From assembly GCA_964019425.1 (NCBI GenBank), contig OZ025785.1:1426001-1490000 (forward strand): a DNA stretch of 64,000 bases, given 5' to 3'. The notes below the pieces were generated by a model, which searched no databases, had not been told where the DNA came from, and was given only the letters and a program-made list of their open reading frames with translations. The position numbers were made by a program, and so were the translations under genes. Shown here piece after piece: positions 23,398-34,250 of the stretch (positions within the stretch are counted from its first letter, which is position 1; each line of letters begins with the position of its first letter). The DNA comes from Flectonema sp. DT1601 (lineage: Eukaryota).

Positions 23398-24247
23398 GTT
23401 AGATCTGCTTTATTATTTAACATACTTCAAATACATTCCTACTCAGTCAGGAAAGCTCAGGTGTAGCATTATTATTTATCGTTTTTCTTGCAACTTGAAC
23501 CGAATTATTATATTTTTTATTTTTTCCAATACTTCCTCTGACTCGTTTCTTATTTTCTTCCCCTCTCTTCTTTTCTTTCTCCCTTCCTTGTCAAAAGACA
23601 AGACAAATACGATGCGAGTGATATAAAATTATGCTTTCTTGGTTGTGAATAATCTGTTGCTATGGCAGCTTTGATTGAACACAGTCACTATTGATAATGA
23701 TTGTCTTCTCCTTCTTGCTCTTTATATTCTGCGTCACCGTCTCACGGAAATATGTATCGTAGCCTTTTATTTGTTTTCTTTAATTCCTTCTGTGGATTTA
23801 TCAACGTATTCTAACTATTGTGAGATAATAGATTCTGTGCACTCTAATTTATTATTGTTCTGTCTAATAACCAAAACATGATTAGTTAACTAAGATAAAG
23901 TCAGATCTATTATTGTCTTCAATAGTGTGTTCCCATTTCCCACTCTTTTGATACGATGAGCCTTAAACAAGTTCGTTCATGTGACTGTTAACGCGCGTCT
24001 TTTGCTTGTTTCCGTATTTCGAAATCTACGTTAAGTCTGCTACGTATCATAATTGATCCCCTCCGTATGAATAAAGTTTATTTTAGTCACTTAGAACAAG
24101 AGAAGCTCAGATAAGATTGAAACATTACGATTTGTTGTTCTCTTGTTTACGACTTCTTTTATTTTGAGAATCGTGTCGTTGTGTAGTTGGCTTTGAATGT
24201 TTATGTACCTACTTGTTACTGACAGGACCGAATTCAAAATAACGAAA

Positions 24248-25909
24248 ATGTCGCAGCTTGCTCGGGTTGATAATGCTCGCCAAGCATTTAATTGTTACCA
24301 TGGCATAGTAAGAAAGGACAACTTTATTGATCCTCATTTCAAGTATCTGATGGGTAAGTACGGGATGAAGGAATCGTTACCAAAGTTTGCAAAATTCGGA
24401 AAGACATGTGCCACTGATATAGATCGACTCTCAAGGATAACAGGAACTCCAACTCTTCAGAGATTTGATGGATTTGGTAACAGAATAGAACACATCGCAT
24501 TCCCTGAAGACTATCACAAAACAGGAAGACTCGCATATGCGAGTGAAATTCTTTCTCTGTATAAATCAGGTAAGCATACAGACGCAACCAGCTCACTTGC
24601 ATTGCACTACATTCTATCACATTGTGGAGAAGCAGGACATGCATGTCCAATTACTTGTACTGTTGGGTTGTCAAGATGTATTGAGAATGAGCTAAAGATT
24701 AGCCCAAGTGAGAGTAAAGCGAAAACCTTAAAATATTGGCTATCAAAGATATACAATTCTAACTATGATGAACACTACCATGGATCTCAGTTTATGACTG
24801 AAGTTCAGGGAGGATCTGATGTTGGTGCTAATGTGTTGACAGCTGTACCAGTTGAGGAATCTGACTCTGTATTTACACACAAACTTCATGGTGAGAAATG
24901 GTTCTGTTCTGCTGTTGATGCTCATCTGTGGTTAGTAGTAGCCAGACCTGAAAACAGTAAAGATGGTACTCCAGGATTACGTGGGTTTATTGTACCAAGA
25001 CACCTTGATGATGATCCATTAAAACCAAACTACTATGCTATCAGAAGGCTTAAAGACAAACTCGGAACCAGATCAATGGCCTCTGCCGAGCTTGATTTCA
25101 ACGGCGCCCTAGCAATGCAACTGACTGGGACATTTAAAGATATTTTATCTCTGGTTATTGACACTTCAAGAGTTTACAATGCCTTAGGTGATGCAGGTAT
25201 GATTAACAGAAGTTTTCTAGAAGCCAGAGCATACGCTCACACTAGACAAGCCTTTGGAACTCCAATTATTAACTTTCCTCTTATTAAGGAACAGGTGTCC
25301 AGACTTAATGTTGCTGCTCATGCTTCCAGGTCTGTTGGATTTTTTGTTGCGTCGTTAGACGTTACGACAATCACGAAGACAGAACATAATGCACGTCGTA
25401 TGCTTGTAAACCTAAACAAGTACTGGGCTGCTCATGATTCGATCGCATGTGCACACCAGGCTATTGACATATTGGGTGGCAATGGAGCCATTGAAGAGTT
25501 TAGTGTGCTTCCTAGACTTCTTAGAGACTCAGTTGTGTACGCTCAGTGGGAAGGTCCTCACAATACTCTTTGTGCGCAAGTCCTAAGAGATTGTCAAAGA
25601 ATTGGCCTTCACAAAGACTTGTTTTCGTTGTTACTTAAAGTGAACAAGTCTCGGGATTCTTCTTTAATTAAAACTACTGCTGCTCTTTGGGATAGATTAG
25701 TGACTCTTCCTGAAGGGGCTGCGTCATTAGTTGTCAGAAGTCTTGTTGACCATCTGGCTTATGTTGTTCAGATCACATTAATGTTAGATGAGGATCATCC
25801 GAGTTCACTGGCTGCTGCTGAACATTTATCAAAGAGAATTCCAAACGTCGAATCTGACTTTGACAGATGCCTCAATGCCCCAGCCTGTGACAGCCTCAGC
25901 AAGCTGTAG
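24248..25909 (+). CDS. Acyl-CoA dehydrogenase, AidB-like subfamily, with C-terminal PTS1 (SKL)
   Basis: EAGHACPITCT, QFMTEVQGGSDV, GEKWFCSA, RLKDKLGTRSMASAE, GGNGAIEE and WEGPHN. Start placed at the ATG after the acceptor ttactgacag. Confidence 0.9.
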   Translation: MSQLARVDNARQAFNCYHGIVRKDNFIDPHFKYLMGKYGMKESLPKFAKFGKTCATDIDRLSRITGTPTLQRFDGFGNRIEHIAFPEDYHKTGRLAYASEILSLYKSGKHTDATSSLALHYILSHCGEAGHACPITCTVGLSRCIENELKISPSESKAKTLKYWLSKIYNSNYDEHYHGSQFMTEVQGGSDVGANVLTAVPVEESDSVFTHKLHGEKWFCSAVDAHLWLVVARPENSKDGTPGLRGFIVPRHLDDDPLKPNYYAIRRLKDKLGTRSMASAELDFNGALAMQLTGTFKDILSLVIDTSRVYNALGDAGMINRSFLEARAYAHTRQAFGTPIINFPLIKEQVSRLNVAAHASRSVGFFVASLDVTTITKTEHNARRMLVNLNKYWAAHDSIACAHQAIDILGGNGAIEEFSVLPRLLRDSVVYAQWEGPHNTLCAQVLRDCQRIGLHKDLFSLLLKVNKSRDSSLIKTTAALWDRLVTLPEGAASLVVRSLVDHLAYVVQITLMLDEDHPSSLAAAEHLSKRIPNVESDFDRCLNAPACDSLSKL

Positions 25910-25992
25910 ATTAATGAACACCTCTCATTATAAACACTGATTTCGTTAAATTAACTTAGTGACTGTTTCGGAATAGTAGTTAAGGATTACTG

Positions 25993-26024
<32 letters not shown>

Positions 26025-26134
26025 TTTTGAGATTAATTTCTTTTAATCTTTAAAGCCAATTTGCTGTTTATTTTCATTTATAGTCAACAGTCTTGGCATT
26101 TGTTTACCGTGTCGTTCAAAGGCTAAAACATCTT

Positions 26135-26166
<32 letters not shown>

Positions 26167-26528
26167 GTTTGAAGGACCATGCTTTGTTTACACGTGCAAC
26201 AATATACCTTCTGTAGTATTCCATCTGTCCTCTGAAAATCGTTTGAAACATGTCGACGACAAGATCGGAGACAACAGTCGCAATCATTTGAGGCTTTTTC
26301 TTAAGTCTTTTTTTTTTTTTTTTTTTTTTTTGAATTATTTTTCCGTTATTAATGCCACCTTTTTTCTTCTCATGCGCCAATTTTTGCGAAAACAAAATAA
26401 ATAATCAGCAGCTGCTGCTAAGATGTCGGTCTTAAAATTTTCTAAAAAACATATCTGCTTGCTATATATAGATTAAGGAGGAAAACACTATACGAGTCTG
26501 ATTGGTACTGTTGTTGATCAGAAACTAG

Positions 26529-26561
<33 letters not shown>

Positions 26562-26632
26562 CCATGGCAGTCATTTGTTGTAAATGGTCATTGCGCGTCT
26601 CGACCCTGTTATGTTTTTTTCCCCTTAATAGC

Positions 26633-26664
<32 letters not shown>

Positions 26665-26922
26665 CTTTCAAAAAATTTTTTTTAATTGTGTTTAATCCTC
26701 ACGCATAATGTGTGAAGAAGTCTTACTGTATTTCATTGTGTGTCGTGTAATAATAACAAAGTTAACGTATCTGAATATAAATACAGAGGGAAGTGATGGC
26801 CAAAAGAGTGTGTTTTCTTTCTTTGTATTGGTCCTGCATGTTGTGTTTGTATTGTTTTTTTCTGAAGAAAAAGAAATTACAAAGTGATTCACAATTCTAT
26901 TTATTTAGTCAGCTTCACATGG

Positions 26923-29900
26923 ATGTCAACGTGTTCAGAACCACTATCGGAGTTTCGTATTCTGCGACATCTAGCGACGGTTTTTACCTCTGGAGATGGG
27001 CTTGAGATACCAGAGAGTGGGACGAGTGAGGCAGCTATTAAAGAAATGTGTTCCTTATTAGGTGGTGGTGAACCTCAAGTAAAAAAACTTTTACAACATC
27101 ACGTAGCAACCGGTGATGAAATAGCAGATTCTGTTACGGCAAATGGGATTCTGCGAACATGCAGAAATATGATTTGTGGTAAAACACGAAAGACACGTGT
27201 TCGACTTGTTAATATATTAAAGACTGAAACACGATCAAAACATGATTTAGATGGTCAAGTGCTACTTATCCACGACATCGGTATCATCTTACAACATAAA
27301 GTTAATGATTTATATTACATTCAAATAACCCAATCAGCTGACATTGAGTTCGCTTCTAACAGAGGCTCATGGCTTCAAATAGGTTCGACGCCAGCTACTA
27401 CCTGTTGTGTGATTCCAACTCCGCCATGGTCAGGTATTGACAGTCGATTTGTTGTTGCAGTATTCACACAGATGTCAGTGGATATTATTATTCCTAAAGG
27501 TGGAAGATGTATTTATGCATCTCTTCAACTGTCTAATGAAGAAATCTACTTTACGAACGCGACGTATGATCCTCAACATCGGGTGTTGTATTCTTATTGT
27601 CAAAATACTCATGCGGTGTTCTGTTGGAAACTTTTATTTTCATCTCAACCTGACCCTGACATGCAATGTTTATGTCAACCTGTTATTGTATCTGTAGCAC
27701 AACACCATGAAGATGATAATTCAATCCAAGAAGTGAAAGTAGAAAATGAAATTTCATATCAACTAACCTTTGAGGATACTGCAGAGCTTGTAGAATCAAA
27801 AAACATATCAAAAGAGGTTAGCGACAGTACCGAGAATGTTGTACTAAAGACTGCAGTTGGTTATGATTTCTCTGTACTGTTTATGTTGTGTGCTGGTTGT
27901 ATTCATGTTTTGGTATTTAATTTAATTTCTAATTGCGGAGAATTTATTGAGAGGGTTATTGACCTGTCGACCCTTTCACGAAACTCTAAGAGTAAAATAT
28001 CCATAACCGATTTCTCGATATCCACGAACCATCATTCGTTAGTATGTTGCACTGAACATAGCGTTGTGTTATGTTATTTACCGTATGGTGATTTCGTCTG
28101 GAAAACTCACATCATAAAACCCTCCCTTCTATTTGATTCTAGTAAAGGAACAGCGTACTCATCTGTTTCTATAAATGATCTACTAGGTCTCATTATTGTT
28201 GTTTGGAGGAGTAGACAAGCTACTGTAACAACTTTTCATATCGATTGCTTTACTTTTGATCAAAAAAAGCAAATTGGAACCCACATTGTTCACAAATACG
28301 CAGGTATGAAGCAATCCTGTTCAGAACCTTTTAATATAAATATTATTTCGGATCTCACGGGAGGCAGGGATTGGATTTCAGTGATTCTTCATTCAAAAGG
28401 GGATGTAAAATGTAGTAATATCGTTCTTTTTGATGTTCAGCTTTCATTCTCTGGAAGAGACGTATCGCCATACTACTTGACAGAAACGACAGAAAAATTG
28501 ATCGCACACAGAATCGATCTTATGACTCCAATGGTAGGAATTTACGGCATGGAGAAGTACGAGTTGATAGCGACGGCGTTTGTGAACTTGACGTCGTTTT
28601 CAGAGAAGAGTATAACTGCGATGAGTATAACAAATGATGTGTTATATATTGGAATAGGAGGTGAGGCACACCTTTACAATACTTATAGTGGCTTACAAAG
28701 AGGATTGTTTGTAATTCCTAACAAAGGAAATTGTACTGCTTCTTACCAAGAAACCATCATCGCCCTCCGTCACATTAGTTCCCACCGGGAAACTTATAAT
28801 AATTTATTCACAGTAATGTTACTTAATTCGTCTATTATTGTGATACAAGAAACTGGTTTACAAAATATTAAAAAGACGTATCAAGCAGTGCAACACTTGA
28901 CTGTATCTAAGCAAGGCATGAGTACAGCAGCAGCCTTGTTTGATATTATCCTCGATTGTCTTATTGCTGTGGTGAGTACTATCGGGGGAAGAGTGAAAAT
29001 TAGATTCTGGAAATCGGATAATTGCGTTGCTGGGTTGAGGCATGCGGTTTGGAACCCAACTCAGCCTTCGTTGATATCCAACCAGGGAACGCAAAAAGGA
29101 TCATTCAAAATAACAAACATTACTGGATTATCGACACACTGTGCTGCAGCGACATTAGATTCAACAGGTTGTTGTCGTGTTTATCAATTATGTCCTCATT
29201 CTAATACTGAAGTCATTCAAATATTGGAATTCTCGGTTGCTGAATTATCTGCATTCACACCTCCGTTAATAGCAACATTCGATACTAAGAGAGATATGTT
29301 GTCATATGCTTCTACGTGTACAGCAGCGTTGGTTTCTTATTCACTTCACGATGCTCTTTTTCGTGTTGATAAACAAGACCCTCCTGTGTCGTTAAAGTGG
29401 AAGGGTGAAGAGGATCACGCAGTTCTTCCGGTGGCGGTGTATGGAGGGAGATGTCTTGTAGCAGTTGGGGGTCAGAATTGTGGTATTTTGAAAATTCCAT
29501 CGGGGGAGGTGGTGTTCGCATATGCTGCAAAACAACGATGGTCTGTTGCTAAAGTGAAGGAAGAGGAAAATAATTTTCATTCATTACCATTTGACTTTAA
29601 AAGAAAGATTACAGCAGTTCTTGGAAGATCTCGTAGTGACTTATCAATGTTGGATAGAACATCTCGCTCACGAGCAGCGTCTGTTAGCTCCTTAACGAGT
29701 TTTGTAAAAACTCCTGACACGACTTCATCAACACCAATGGCAAAGTTACTCCTGTCTCTTTCAAACCCTGAGGAGGTTAGTAAAACTGTGATTTCTGATT
29801 CTTACATAAATCATACACTTTGTAATAATACTTTATTAGAAACAAGAGTTATCCCAGTTGGTTCACTCATACAACCAGAATACAGACCGAAGACATGCGG

Positions 29901-30801
29901 TTCAACAAAGTTGCTTTCTTTTGGAAGTGAAGACTGGAGTAGTTGTCCACAGCAACGGCCAAACTCATCGTTTCCAAAGAGAGACAGAATCGGTTCCGCC
30001 GGTCTTTTAAAAAAGATTCCTGACAGAGCTGCTAGCGCACAGAGTGCTATTCTGAGTTCGAATGTTGAAGGATTGCAGGCTGACACTTCAACACACAGAT
30101 GCCCGTTTGATGAAATATCAGTAACGACTGGCATTAGATCTCCACTCTCAGTACCTCATACATTAATAAGACCCAGAGTTAAGAAGAAACAAAACAGAAA
30201 ACCAACTTCTTGTTGTTTTCTTTGTCTTGATTTCCTTCCAGTTATACTTGATAATGGAGGAAGTGGATCGCTCTACTGTGACACCTGTGGTGTTGCTTTC
30301 TGTGGTCAGTGTTGTTCACAAGATACACAACGGGGAAGATACAGATGTCCAAATGCTGCTGCCCACTGTGTTACACTCCGACCTGCAATTAAAGATTTAA
30401 ATCAAGTTACTGTAATAACTGAACGGCAAGGAATTTCCTGCAGCCTTTGTCTGGATGTGCTTGAGGAGGATCTGTTGTGGTGTAAGTGCTGTCGAATGCG
30501 ATTTTGTGAGAAGTGTACGAACACCAGTCAATATGAAGCTCAATATATTAATAATCGTCTTCTTACCCAATTCGATTCTAATCCGAATGCTGTCATCCAT
30601 CAGAAGTATGCGACTCGTGTCTACTCTGAACCGTTTGTTCCTTTACTGCTTCGGAAAGCTACTCATCCACTCCGATCTGCAAGCCGACGTGGAAGAAAGT
30701 TTCCACCAACACGACGGATTAAAGTTAGTGGAATGCACCTAAACGTGATATCTCAACCAGGGTCTCGATATACATCTCGAATATGGCAAGAAATGTATTA
30801 G
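26923..30801 (+). CDS. Large hypothetical protein; beta-propeller-like N-terminal region and two C-terminal Cys-rich zinc-finger-like motifs
   Basis: ~1290-aa ORF with beta-strand-rich repeats. C-terminal motifs CFLC...CDTC...FCGQCC and CSLC...WCKCC...FCEKC. Confidence 0.75.
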   Translation: MSTCSEPLSEFRILRHLATVFTSGDGLEIPESGTSEAAIKEMCSLLGGGEPQVKKLLQHHVATGDEIADSVTANGILRTCRNMICGKTRKTRVRLVNILKTETRSKHDLDGQVLLIHDIGIILQHKVNDLYYIQITQSADIEFASNRGSWLQIGSTPATTCCVIPTPPWSGIDSRFVVAVFTQMSVDIIIPKGGRCIYASLQLSNEEIYFTNATYDPQHRVLYSYCQNTHAVFCWKLLFSSQPDPDMQCLCQPVIVSVAQHHEDDNSIQEVKVENEISYQLTFEDTAELVESKNISKEVSDSTENVVLKTAVGYDFSVLFMLCAGCIHVLVFNLISNCGEFIERVIDLSTLSRNSKSKISITDFSISTNHHSLVCCTEHSVVLCYLPYGDFVWKTHIIKPSLLFDSSKGTAYSSVSINDLLGLIIVVWRSRQATVTTFHIDCFTFDQKKQIGTHIVHKYAGMKQSCSEPFNINIISDLTGGRDWISVILHSKGDVKCSNIVLFDVQLSFSGRDVSPYYLTETTEKLIAHRIDLMTPMVGIYGMEKYELIATAFVNLTSFSEKSITAMSITNDVLYIGIGGEAHLYNTYSGLQRGLFVIPNKGNCTASYQETIIALRHISSHRETYNNLFTVMLLNSSIIVIQETGLQNIKKTYQAVQHLTVSKQGMSTAAALFDIILDCLIAVVSTIGGRVKIRFWKSDNCVAGLRHAVWNPTQPSLISNQGTQKGSFKITNITGLSTHCAAATLDSTGCCRVYQLCPHSNTEVIQILEFSVAELSAFTPPLIATFDTKRDMLSYASTCTAALVSYSLHDALFRVDKQDPPVSLKWKGEEDHAVLPVAVYGGRCLVAVGGQNCGILKIPSGEVVFAYAAKQRWSVAKVKEEENNFHSLPFDFKRKITAVLGRSRSDLSMLDRTSRSRAASVSSLTSFVKTPDTTSSTPMAKLLLSLSNPEEVSKTVISDSYINHTLCNNTLLETRVIPVGSLIQPEYRPKTCGSTKLLSFGSEDWSSCPQQRPNSSFPKRDRIGSAGLLKKIPDRAASAQSAILSSNVEGLQADTSTHRCPFDEISVTTGIRSPLSVPHTLIRPRVKKKQNRKPTSCCFLCLDFLPVILDNGGSGSLYCDTCGVAFCGQCCSQDTQRGRYRCPNAAAHCVTLRPAIKDLNQVTVITERQGISCSLCLDVLEEDLLWCKCCRMRFCEKCTNTSQYEAQYINNRLLTQFDSNPNAVIHQKYATRVYSEPFVPLLLRKATHPLRSASRRGRKFPPTRRIKVSGMHLNVISQPGSRYTSRIWQEMY

Positions 30802-31019
30802 TTGTTAGCAGTTACTCTTTTTTACTATTGGAATGCTTTGATTGAGAAAACAAGAAGATCTTCCGATCTCACTCTTGTTGCTCAGTGGTTTTATTATTTA
30901 CACGGGTTTTCAGTTTTGGATGTTGTGCAGTGTTATGTTTACATTTTTTTCAACAGCGTTCGGGAGGGGTGGAGAGGGGGTAAGAAAGGGGGAAAGGAAA
31001 AAAAAAAATAAGAAAAAAA

Positions 31020-31277
31020 ATGGTAAAAAGTGGTAAATCTCATTTCATGTGCTCCCATTGCAGAAAAGCTTGCTTTGACTCTTATAAATATAATTATACA
31101 ATAAGACAACACTGTCCAATTTGTAGTGAGGTTACGCCCTTCAAACAAACTAAGGTAAGAGACTGTACTTCTGAACACTGCTATCACAAACTAGCACAGT
31201 ATATGAGTCAAGGAAGCAGTGCAGATCCATCTGGTTGGAGCAGGAGTTCTCGTGGTGGAAGTGGATATTGGCAATAG
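31020..31277 (+). CDS. Small zinc-ribbon protein resembling ribosomal protein bL33 (possibly mitochondrial); probable in-frame intron 31155-31199
   Basis: MVKSGK...CSHC...K...CPICSEVTPFKQTK parallels bL33 (CxxC...YCPxC..T.HKETK). GTAAGA...GCACAG is a 45-nt phase-0 intron candidate. Confidence 0.5.
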   Translation: MVKSGKSHFMCSHCRKACFDSYKYNYTIRQHCPICSEVTPFKQTKVRDCTSEHCYHKLAQYMSQGSSADPSGWSRSSRGGSGYWQ

Positions 31278-31484
31278 CCGTGTTGAATATGTCGAACGTC
31301 AAATTATCATCCACAAAAATAAACAACAAAACTATAAAACACTAATAATATAGATTACGAATTCTTCAAATTTGTCTCATCATGTTTACGACTAAGTACG
31401 ACAACTTCACTATTATTATTATTATTATTTTTTCACCCCTCCTTCTACAGTGACACAGTCGCAATATATAACAATATTATAAAC

Positions 31485-31831
31485 ATGACTATGTATGTAA
31501 GATGTAAGAGGGATACCAAGACGTGGTTCATCCATTGTAATCCTATTGACAAGGTTGCTCAAGTTATAGATGACATCGCAAATATTGAGTCTAAGGAATG
31601 TATGGTGCTATTCTAGTTTTTTTTTTTTTTTTTTGACAAAAAAAAAAAAAAAAGAACAATAAAACAGCATCTGATCTCCGCCTTCTCCGAGACAATGAAT
31701 CTGCTCTTGACAGGGAGAACTCCCTTTGTGAACAAGATGTTGCCAATGCTGCGTTGTTATTTATTGTCTACAAGAAGAATGATGGCTCTTGGGAACCTGT
31801 TGAAATAAAGAAACCAGTCTATTCATCTTAA
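31485..31831 (+). CDS. ELOB: Elongin B-like ubiquitin-fold protein, two exons (31485-31599, 31668-31831), 92 aa; absent from the ORF track
   Basis: Splicing GTATGG...AAACAG gives MTMYVRCKRDTKTWFIHCNPIDKVAQVIDDIANIESKESSDLRLLRDNESALDRENSLCEQDVANAALLFIVYKKNDGSWEPVEIKKPVYSS, matching the Elongin B pattern (Y.R.KR..T.F...P...V; RL; L.EQ.V.N; FE.V.I). Confidence 0.8.
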
Positions 31832-32299
31832 AGCGTTCTTTCTTAAGATAGGAAGTGGATTCTTTTTTTTCTGTTCTCTTGTTTCTTTCTTTCAGTAGAA
31901 ATCAGTTATAGATCTTATCGTGAGAAAAAAAAGAAAAAAAATGAAATAAAATAAAACAAAACAAACAATGTAGTTAAGGTTATGATTCTTTATTATAATA
32001 TGAAAGAAAAAAAAAAAAAAAAACCCTTCTTCGATCCGAAGGCTCAACTGAGAACGCTGCAACAGTCTGTGAATGATGGCAGCATGAAGTCAGTTGCAAC
32101 ATGTTAGTTTATTACATTAGAAATAAGACACATTGCACAAAAACGTTTTTTTGATGACTGTCGATTATATTTCCTTTTCCCGCTTTTCCAGGAAAGATAA
32201 CCCAAAGCGAATAGAGTTGTTTCAGACAATTAGATATTCTGTTTTGTTCGTATTCATAATCTTCTTCACAGTCTAATAGCACAAAAAACAAACTAAATA

Positions 32300-34144
32300 A
32301 TGTCCGCAGGTGACTCAACTCTTCCATCACACGAACATGTGACCGCATGGATGGCAGAAAACCACATCGTGAAAGTCGTCGATGAAATGCTTGCTCAGGC
32401 AGCTAGAGGAAAGCCATCAGGAAGTGCTATTCCTAAAGCAATTGGGGATTGGGGTAGAGTTACTTCAGATGTTGTAACAGAAGACGGATGTTGGAAGGAA
32501 CTTCAAAAATACTTCCTTGAGACTGGTAAGTTCTTAAACATGTCGAAGATGTTCTCTCAGAACTCCAACAGATTCGAAGAATTCTCAACTCGTTTCGAAC
32601 TTGACGACGGCAACTTCGTATTTGCTGACTACTCAAAAAACATCGTCGATGAGAAGGCAATGGAACTACTATTCGCTCTGGCGAAATCACGTAACGTAGA
32701 AGAGATGCGTGACCGTATGTTTGCAGGTGAGAAGATCAACTTCACAGAAGACAGAGCAGTCCTTCACACTGCCCTCCGTCACCAGGGAGATGAACCTATT
32801 ATGGTAGACGGTAAGAATGTCATGACTGACGTAAAGGCCGTCTTGGCACACATGAAGGATTTCTCTGACAGAGTCCGCAATGGTGACTTTGTAGGTCACT
32901 CCGGAAAGAAGATCAACCACATCGTCAACATCGGTATTGGAGGATCTGATTTAGGACCACTGATGGTATACAACGCTCTCCAGCCATATTGTCATGAGAG
33001 AATTAAACTTCACTTCGTATCAAACATTGATGGTACTCACTTAGCAACAGCATTAAAGGATATCGACATCGAGTCCACGCTATTCATTGTAGCGTCGAAG
33101 ACCTTTACGACTGCAGAGACCATCACGAACGCAACGTCAGCGAAGAACGCTCTTCTAAAGCACTACAAAGACAACGGTGTCGATACTGAGGGTTGTATTG
33201 CTGCTCATTTTATTGCTCTCTCAACTAATGCAAAGTCTGTTACTGCCTTTGGAATTTCTGAGGAAAACATGTTTCAGTTCTGGGACTGGGTTGGTGGACG
33301 TTACAGCGTCTGGTCAGCGATTGGACTCTCTGTTTGTATTGCCATCGGTTATGAGAATTTCAATGATTTCTTAGATGGAGGTTATCAGATGGACCAGCAC
33401 TTTAGAACTGCTCCAATGGAGAAGAACATTCCAATGATACTCGCGCTTGTTGGTATTTGGTACAACAACCTCCACGGGGCTCAGACTCAAATGATCCTTC
33501 CTTATGACCAGTACTTGATTAGATTCGCTACATACTTTCAGCAGGCAGACATGGAGTCTAACGGAAAGTACGTCGACAGAGATGGAAAGGTTGTGAAGTG
33601 CTCAACAGGACCAATCTTAATGGGTGAGCCAGGTACTGGTTCACAGCATTCATTCTTTCAGTTGATTCATCAAGGAACCAAACCAATTCCATGTGACTTT
33701 ATTGCATGTCTTACAACTCACAACCCAATATCTGAAGGAAAGCATCATAAGATGTTAATGGCTAACTACTTCGCACAAACTGAAGCTTTGATGACTGGAA
33801 ACAACGAACCAGATGTACGCGCAGCACTAGCAGCTGCAGGTACCCCTGCTGAGGCTATTGATAAGATTACTCCACACAAAGTGTTTAGTGGAAACCGTCC
33901 TACGAACTCTATTTTGGTTAAGAAATTGTCACCGAAGTCACTCGGTGCTCTTATTTCTATGTACGAGATGAAGATTTTCACTCAGGGAATTATTTGGAAT
34001 ATTAATTCATTTGATCAGTGGGGTGTTGAGTTGGGTAAGGCCCTTGCTAAAACTATTGAAGCTGAGATCCAAAAAGATTCTAAAGTGGCATCCCACGACA
34101 GCTCCACCAACGGTCTCATTAATTTATTTAACTCACACTTGTAG
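32300..34144 (+). CDS. PGI: Glucose-6-phosphate isomerase with N-terminal extension and PTS1-type C-terminus (SHL)
   Basis: DYSKN, INFTEDRAVLHTALR, NIGIGGSDLGP, ASKTFTT.ET, FWDWVGGRYSVWSAIG, MESNGK, NSFDQWGVELGK and HDSSTNGLI. Confidence 0.97.
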   Translation: MSAGDSTLPSHEHVTAWMAENHIVKVVDEMLAQAARGKPSGSAIPKAIGDWGRVTSDVVTEDGCWKELQKYFLETGKFLNMSKMFSQNSNRFEEFSTRFELDDGNFVFADYSKNIVDEKAMELLFALAKSRNVEEMRDRMFAGEKINFTEDRAVLHTALRHQGDEPIMVDGKNVMTDVKAVLAHMKDFSDRVRNGDFVGHSGKKINHIVNIGIGGSDLGPLMVYNALQPYCHERIKLHFVSNIDGTHLATALKDIDIESTLFIVASKTFTTAETITNATSAKNALLKHYKDNGVDTEGCIAAHFIALSTNAKSVTAFGISEENMFQFWDWVGGRYSVWSAIGLSVCIAIGYENFNDFLDGGYQMDQHFRTAPMEKNIPMILALVGIWYNNLHGAQTQMILPYDQYLIRFATYFQQADMESNGKYVDRDGKVVKCSTGPILMGEPGTGSQHSFFQLIHQGTKPIPCDFIACLTTHNPISEGKHHKMLMANYFAQTEALMTGNNEPDVRAALAAAGTPAEAIDKITPHKVFSGNRPTNSILVKKLSPKSLGALISMYEMKIFTQGIIWNINSFDQWGVELGKALAKTIEAEIQKDSKVASHDSSTNGLINLFNSHL

Positions 34145-34219
34145 GAGGGTGATGGAATGATAAATTTTGCTCTATTAGTAGGACAATTTTTTATACATTT
34201 GAAAAAGAAAAAAAAATAA

Positions 34220-34250
<31 letters not shown>

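Larger units (their letters stand above)
18937..24288 (+). repeat. Tandem segmental duplication of ~2.7 kb (18937-21626 and 21643-24288)
   Basis: Near-identical sequence at offset 2706 across the upstream region and CDS, and at offset 2662 across the downstream intergenic region and the first codons of the acyl-CoA dehydrogenase. Confidence 0.95.

Noticed and set aside
24197..24247. ORF-track upstream starts (also 11156, 26884, 38850, 54785, 60134)
   Set aside because: These extensions run through acceptor or low-complexity sequence or bury a signal peptide; downstream ATGs fit better.
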